Assembly (NCBI GenBank): GCA_958413895.1
Contig: CATYVQ010000009.1
Location: 7,804 to 71,803, forward strand
Source of the DNA: an uncultured Collinsella sp.
Lineage (GTDB): Bacteria; Actinomycetota; Coriobacteriia; Coriobacteriales; Coriobacteriaceae
Length of the DNA: 64,000 nt
Direction: 5' to 3'
Shown here: piece by piece, positions 59,249 through 64,000 of the stretch
How positions within the stretch are numbered: position 1 is the first letter of the stretch
Layout of the letters: each line of letters begins with the position of its first letter
Program-made: the position numbers and the translations under genes
Notes under the pieces: generated by a model
Told to the model about the DNA's origin: nothing
What the model saw: the letters and a program-made list of their open reading frames with translations, nothing else
Databases searched by the model: none

Positions 59249-59965
59249 ATGCAGCGTGCCAAACAGATATCGGAGTCTATTGAGCTGGGCATCATCTTGG
59301 CGCTCGCCGGTGGCTTTATGGACGTTTATTCGTACATTGGGCGCGACCATGTTTTCGCTAACGCGCAGACGGGCAACATCTTGCTGGTGGGCGTGAGCAT
59401 CTCGGAGGGCAATTGGGCACTTGCGGGGCGCTACTTCTTCCCTGTGGTGTCGTTTGCCGTGGGCATTATGCTTGCCGACCTGGTACACGAACGGTTTGGC
59501 AGCGTGATTCACTGGCGCCAAGTGACGGTGTTCTTTGAAGCCGTCATCTTGTTGGGCGTGAGCTTTATCCCGGGCGGCAATTTCAACCTGTTCGCCAACT
59601 GCCTCACCTCGTTTGCCTGCGGCATGCAGGTCGAGAGCTTCCGCAAGATCCACGGTCACGGCATCGCTACGACCATGTGCATCGGCAACTTGCGCAACGC
59701 GCTGCAAAACGTGGACGATTACATCATCACCCACAGGCGCGGCTTTTTGGAAAACGGCCTGCTGTACTTTGGCGTGATCTTTACCTTTGTGTTTGGCGCC
59801 GTGTTGGGCAACTGGTGTATTGAGCGCATGGGCCTGCACGCCATCGTCGTGGCGAGCTTGCTGCTGTTTGTCGCGTTTGCCATCATGTTCATCGACCGCG
59901 AGCGCGACTTGCGCTTACGCTGGAAGGTTGCGGCCGAGGCTTGGAAAGAGGGCTGTCGAAAGTAA
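59249..59965 (+). CDS. YoaK/DUF1275 family membrane protein
   Basis: GGFMDVYSY, FANAQTGN, TTMCIGNLR; GGAGG RBS. Confidence 0.88.
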   Translation: MQRAKQISESIELGIILALAGGFMDVYSYIGRDHVFANAQTGNILLVGVSISEGNWALAGRYFFPVVSFAVGIMLADLVHERFGSVIHWRQVTVFFEAVILLGVSFIPGGNFNLFANCLTSFACGMQVESFRKIHGHGIATTMCIGNLRNALQNVDDYIITHRRGFLENGLLYFGVIFTFVFGAVLGNWCIERMGLHAIVVASLLLFVAFAIMFIDRERDLRLRWKVAAEAWKEGCRK

Positions 59966-60014
59966 CCGAATGCGGCAAAGGGGCTGTCCCTTTGCCGCAA
60001 TATTTTTCATCATC

Positions 60015-60032
60015 TGTTGAAACGCTTTAACA
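60015..60032. promoter_or_regulatory. LacI-family-like operator upstream of the fucO-like gene
   Basis: TGTTGAAACGCTTTAACA. Confidence 0.55.
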
Positions 60033-60130
60033 TATTTGACGTTCTCACGTGTTTTTCGTTTCAAAAGCGTTAGGATGGGACTCATAGCGTGGGGCGTAAT
60101 GGGTGCCCCGCACACGATGGGAGGCTATCA

Positions 60131-61297
60131 ATGGCTAATCGTTTCGTTCTCAATACCATCTCTTATCATGGTTCCGGCGCCATCAAGGAGATCCCCGGCG
60201 AGCTCCAGCGTCGCGGCTACAAGAAGATTTTCGTCTGCTCCGATCCCGATCTGGTCAAGTTTGGCGTTACCGCTAAGGTGACCGACGAGCTCGACGCTGC
60301 CGGCATCGCTTGGAGCCTCTACTCCGAGATCAAGCCCAACCCCACTATCCAGAACGTCAAGGACGGCGTCGAGGCCTTCAAGGCCGCCGAGGCTGACGCT
60401 ATCGTGACCATCGGTGGCGGCTCCTCCATGGACACTGCCAAGGCCATCGGCATCATCATCAACAACCCCGAGTTCGCCGATGTCCGCAGCCTCGAGGGCG
60501 TTGCTCCCACTAAGAACCACGCCGTGTTCACCATCGCTGTGCCGACGACCGCCGGTACCGCTGCCGAGGTGACCATCAACTACGTCATCACCGACCCCGA
60601 GAAGGTCCGCAAGTTCGTGTGCGTCGACACCAACGACGCCCCCGAGGTCGCCGTCGTCGATCCTGACATGATGGCTTCCATGCCCGCCGGCCTGACCGCT
60701 TCCACTGGCATGGACGCTCTGACCCACGCCATCGAGGGCTACACCACCAAGGGTGCCTGGGAGCTCTCCGACATGTTCCACTTTGAGGCTATTAAGCTGA
60801 TCAGCGAGAACCTGCGTGACTCCGTCGCCGAGGCCAAGTCCGGTCAGCCCGGCTCCGGCCGCGAGGGCATGGCCCTTGGCCAGTATGTCGCCGGCATGGG
60901 CTTCTCCAACGTTGGCCTGGGCATCGACCACGCCATGGCTCACACCCTGTCCGCTCACTACGACACCCCGCACGGCGTCGCTTGCGCCATGCTGCTGCCG
61001 ATTGCCATGGAGTTCAACAAGCCGGTTTGCGCTGAGCGCCTGGCCAAGGTTGCCGTTGCCATGGGTGTTGACACCACGGGCATGAGCACCGACGAGGCTG
61101 CCGACGCCGCTATCGCCGCCGTCAAGCAGCTTTCCGCCGACGTGAACATCCCGCACGTCTGCGAGGCCATGAAGGCTGACGAGATCGAGGTCCTGGCCAA
61201 GGACGCCATGGCCGACGCCTGCTTCCCGGGTAACCCGCGCGAGGCAACGCTCGACGACGTCATCGAGCTCTTCAAGAAGATCTGCCCGGCTGCCTAA
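60131..61297 (+). CDS. fucO: Iron-containing alcohol dehydrogenase, lactaldehyde reductase-like
   Basis: MANRFVLN, GGGSSMD, PTTAGTAAEVT, DALTHAIEG, GFSNVGLG, PHGVA. Confidence 0.85.
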   Translation: MANRFVLNTISYHGSGAIKEIPGELQRRGYKKIFVCSDPDLVKFGVTAKVTDELDAAGIAWSLYSEIKPNPTIQNVKDGVEAFKAAEADAIVTIGGGSSMDTAKAIGIIINNPEFADVRSLEGVAPTKNHAVFTIAVPTTAGTAAEVTINYVITDPEKVRKFVCVDTNDAPEVAVVDPDMMASMPAGLTASTGMDALTHAIEGYTTKGAWELSDMFHFEAIKLISENLRDSVAEAKSGQPGSGREGMALGQYVAGMGFSNVGLGIDHAMAHTLSAHYDTPHGVACAMLLPIAMEFNKPVCAERLAKVAVAMGVDTTGMSTDEAADAAIAAVKQLSADVNIPHVCEAMKADEIEVLAKDAMADACFPGNPREATLDDVIELFKKICPAA

Positions 61298-61350
61298 CCC
61301 AGTTTGGTGGTCCTTCGCCCGTAGGCGTATGGTCTTTTGACTTGCCGCTG

Positions 61351-61382
61351 GCCCCGCCGTGCTACGCACGGCGGGGCTTTTT
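61351..61382 (+). terminator. Terminator after the fucO-like gene
   Basis: gccccgccgtgc-tac-gcacggcggggc followed by T5. Confidence 0.8.
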
Positions 61383-61456
61383 GTGCTGCGTCAATGTCCT
61401 GAGACGGGCAAAACCAAGGCGTACTGCCCGCTACGGATAGGTGGTGCACTTTCCAG

Positions 61457-61766
61457 CGTGCATTTTTGGGAGTATTCAGCAAGCTCTTAAAAATGCATAA
61501 CATTGTGAATGGGCCGAGTGGCCCGCAGGCGCCCATCGACAGCCATTGTGGGCGGGCTATCGATGAGTGGAGGGGGTTGTTACTGAGTTTCTGCTTTGCG
61601 ACAACCTGCAACACTGTTGTAACCGCTTCATTTTGTCGTTCGTGATGGGGCCGTTGGGGCCCACGGTGCTGAATACTCCGTTTTTTGCACGGTCCAAGGT
61701 GGGGCACCCTGAGACGAAGCAAAAAGATGTCTCATTTCTATGCAAATACCGATAGGATTTATGCAA
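61457..61766. repeat. Family C element, copy 2
   Basis: cgtgcatttttgggagtattcagca-N185-tgctgaatactccgttttttgcacg, then TATGCAA at 61739 and 61760. Confidence 0.82.
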
Positions 61767-61900
61767 GATTGGGATTGTAAACCGTGCACGTGCACAAAAC
61801 CGGTGCGGGGACGTCTGGAGGCGGCTCGGCTCCTGGGGCATTGCACGTGCAGAACGGTTACAATCGGGACTCGGTCTTAGTTTTACTTGGAAGGATGCAT

Positions 61901-62944
61901 ATGACTTCTAATATTGATGCTTCTCTAGGGGAGACGCTCTCCTATATCGCAGGACAGCTTAAGACGCTGACTTCTATTGCTTCGCCTACCGGCTATACCC
62001 GTGCGGCGACTGATTATCTAATGGAGACCCTGCGCGATATGGGATTTGGCCCCGAGCGTTCCAATAAGGGTAACGTGCTCGTTGAGCTTGGTGGCGAGGG
62101 TGAGCCGCTCGTACTGGCGAGCCATGTCGATACCCTGGGCGCCATGGTGCGTTCCATTAAGGACAATGGTCGCCTGCGCCCCACGACGCTCGGCGGGCAC
62201 CAGTGGTCTACGGCCGATGGAGAGAACTGCACCGTCTACACGCGCGACGGCAATGTCTACACGGGCGTGGTTCTTAACACCGAGCCTTCGGCGCATGTGG
62301 CCGATGAGCCGGTCAAGACCATCGAGAAGAACATGGAAATCCTGCTCGACGAGAATGTCGACAGCAAGGACGACGTGCTTGAGCTGGGCATTCAGACTGG
62401 TGACATCATCGCCATGGATCCGCGTACCACGGTGACGGAGAGCGGCTACATTAAGAGTCGCTTCTTGGACGACAAGCTGTCGGCGTCGATTCTGCTGGGC
62501 TTGGCGCGTGCCGTCGCCGCTGGCGAGGTGACGCTTTCGCGCAAGGTGTCGCTGCTCTTTACCGTGTACGAGGAGGTCGGCCACGGTGGTGCCTTTGTGC
62601 CGGCCGACACGCGCGAGATGATCAGCGTGGACATGGGTTGCGTGGGCGACGACCTAGGCTGCACCGAGCGCATGGTTTCGATCTGCGCCAAGGATTCGGG
62701 CGGTCCGTACAATTACGACCTGGTGACCACGCTATCCAATATCGCGCGCGAGCTCGAGCTTGATTACGCCATCGACGTGTACCCGCATTACGGCTCGGAC
62801 GTTGAGGCCACGCTTTCTGCCGGCTACGACATCCGTCACGGTCTGATCGGTCCCGGCGTGTACGCGAGCCACAACTACGAGCGCAGCCACATCGACGGTG
62901 TGCGCAACACCTACGAGCTGGTTCGCGCCTACGTTCAGCGCTAG
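61901..62944 (+). CDS. M42 family metallopeptidase
   Basis: SHVDTLG, SRFLDDK, EEVGHG, VDMG, ASHNYER. Confidence 0.9.
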   Translation: MTSNIDASLGETLSYIAGQLKTLTSIASPTGYTRAATDYLMETLRDMGFGPERSNKGNVLVELGGEGEPLVLASHVDTLGAMVRSIKDNGRLRPTTLGGHQWSTADGENCTVYTRDGNVYTGVVLNTEPSAHVADEPVKTIEKNMEILLDENVDSKDDVLELGIQTGDIIAMDPRTTVTESGYIKSRFLDDKLSASILLGLARAVAAGEVTLSRKVSLLFTVYEEVGHGGAFVPADTREMISVDMGCVGDDLGCTERMVSICAKDSGGPYNYDLVTTLSNIARELELDYAIDVYPHYGSDVEATLSAGYDIRHGLIGPGVYASHNYERSHIDGVRNTYELVRAYVQR

Positions 62945-63016
62945 ACGCATTTATAGCGCGTGGCAAGTTAAGAGCGTCCTAGCCGGTATAACGTTGCCGG
63001 CAGGGGCGCTCTTGTG

Positions 63017-63083
63017 CGTTGCGGTGAAATAGGGACTGTTTGGCGGTTTTAAACGCTTAAACAGTCCCTATTTCACCGCAACT
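63017..63083. repeat. Family B inverted repeat, copy 4 (23-nt spacer)
   Basis: gttgcggtgaaatagggactg ... cagtccctatttcaccgcaact. Confidence 0.92.
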
Positions 63084-63099
63084 TATGAAGGGGATGGGA

Positions 63100-64000
63100 C
63101 TACTTGATAGCTGCCGTAACGGTGCCGCCGCCCAGGACGATGTCGCCGCGGTAGATAACGACTGCTTGGCCGGGGGCGATGGCTCGCTGCGGCTCGTCAA
63201 AAGTCAGCAGCATTTGCCCGTCTTCGCCGCGCGTAAGGGTCGCTGCCTGGTCTTTCTGACGGTAGCGGTACTTGGCACCTACGCGAATGCCACCGGACGT
63301 GAGCTCTGCCTCCATGCGATCGGCAGGGGTGCTCCAGATCCAGTCATTGGCCGTGAGCGCCGCGGCGGTCAGGTCCTCTGCCTCGCCCAGATGCACGGTG
63401 TTGTTGACGGCGTCGACGCCCGTTACGTACACGGGGTGCGCCATCGCGACGCCCAGGCCCTTGCGCTGGCCTATGGTATAGCGCAGCGCGCCGTTATGGC
63501 GTCCGACCACGCTGCCGTCGCGCCACACAATGTCGCCCGGTGCAGCGGGATGTCCGCAGCGGCGCTCGATATAGCCTGCGTAGTCGCCGTCCGCGATAAA
63601 GCAGATGTCCTCGCTCTCGGCCTTCTTGGCGTTGATGAAGCACTGCTCGGCGGCAATGCGGCGCACGTCGCGCTCTTTGTCCAGCCCGGCCAGCGGAAAG
63701 ATCGTGCGCGACAGCCGCTCCTGCGTGAGCGAATACAAAAAGTAACTCTGGTCCTTTTTGGGGTCCTCGCCGCGATGCAGCTGCCAGGTGCCGTCGGGCG
63801 CCTGGCTCGTTTTGGCATAGTGGCCTGTGGCGATGTAGTCGCAGCCCATATCGAGTGCCGCATCGAGCAGCGCGCCAAACTTAATATGGCGGTTGCAGAT
63901 GATGCACGGGTTGGGCGTCAGCCCCTCCTGGTAGGCGGTCACGAAGCGCTCGATAACATTGCGGTCGAAGGTCTGCTGTAGGTCGAGCACATGGTGGGGT
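63100..64000 (-). CDS. mnmA: tRNA 2-thiouridylase MnmA (5'-truncated by the window edge)
   Basis: TPNPCIICN, ATGHYA, KDQSYFL, ESEDICF, YTIGQRKGL, PGQ. Confidence 0.96.
   Translation of the reverse strand, partial: PHHVLDLQQTFDRNVIERFVTAYQEGLTPNPCIICNRHIKFGALLDAALDMGCDYIATGHYAKTSQAPDGTWQLHRGEDPKKDQSYFLYSLTQERLSRTIFPLAGLDKERDVRRIAAEQCFINAKKAESEDICFIADGDYAGYIERRCGHPAAPGDIVWRDGSVVGRHNGALRYTIGQRKGLGVAMAHPVYVTGVDAVNNTVHLGEAEDLTAAALTANDWIWSTPADRMEAELTSGGIRVGAKYRYRQKDQAATLTRGEDGQMLLTFDEPQRAIAPGQAVVIYRGDIVLGGGTVTAAIK

Overview
High-GC chromosomal window, most consistent with a Coriobacteriia gut actinobacterium (Collinsella-like; inferred from gene content and style, not verified). Housekeeping genes: secA (partial), prfB, split transketolase, ftsEX, rnr, tRNA-Gln and tRNA-Glu, smpB, gltBD, a DEAD-box helicase, ygiQ, an M42 peptidase and mnmA (partial). 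Metabolic modules: murR-murQ-murP-mupG MurNAc recycling, a PTS/GH4 glucoside operon with a BglG-type antiterminator, copA-copZ-csoR, mntH, a GltD-linked [FeFe]-hydrogenase and a FucO-like alcohol dehydrogenase. The most unusual signal is non-coding: several dispersed inverted-repeat families with conserved arms and fixed-length but variable interiors. Family A (16-bp arms, 27-nt spacer) forms ~80-nt-period arrays directly flanking a gene for an AbiEi-like/DUF559 (Vsr-like) nuclease-fold protein at 30.2-31.2 kb and also occurs as solo copies. Family B (22-bp arms, 22-23-nt spacer) has four copies. Family C (~25-bp arms, exactly 185-nt interior, phased TATGCA motifs) has two copies. No CRISPR array, rRNA or intact IS was seen.
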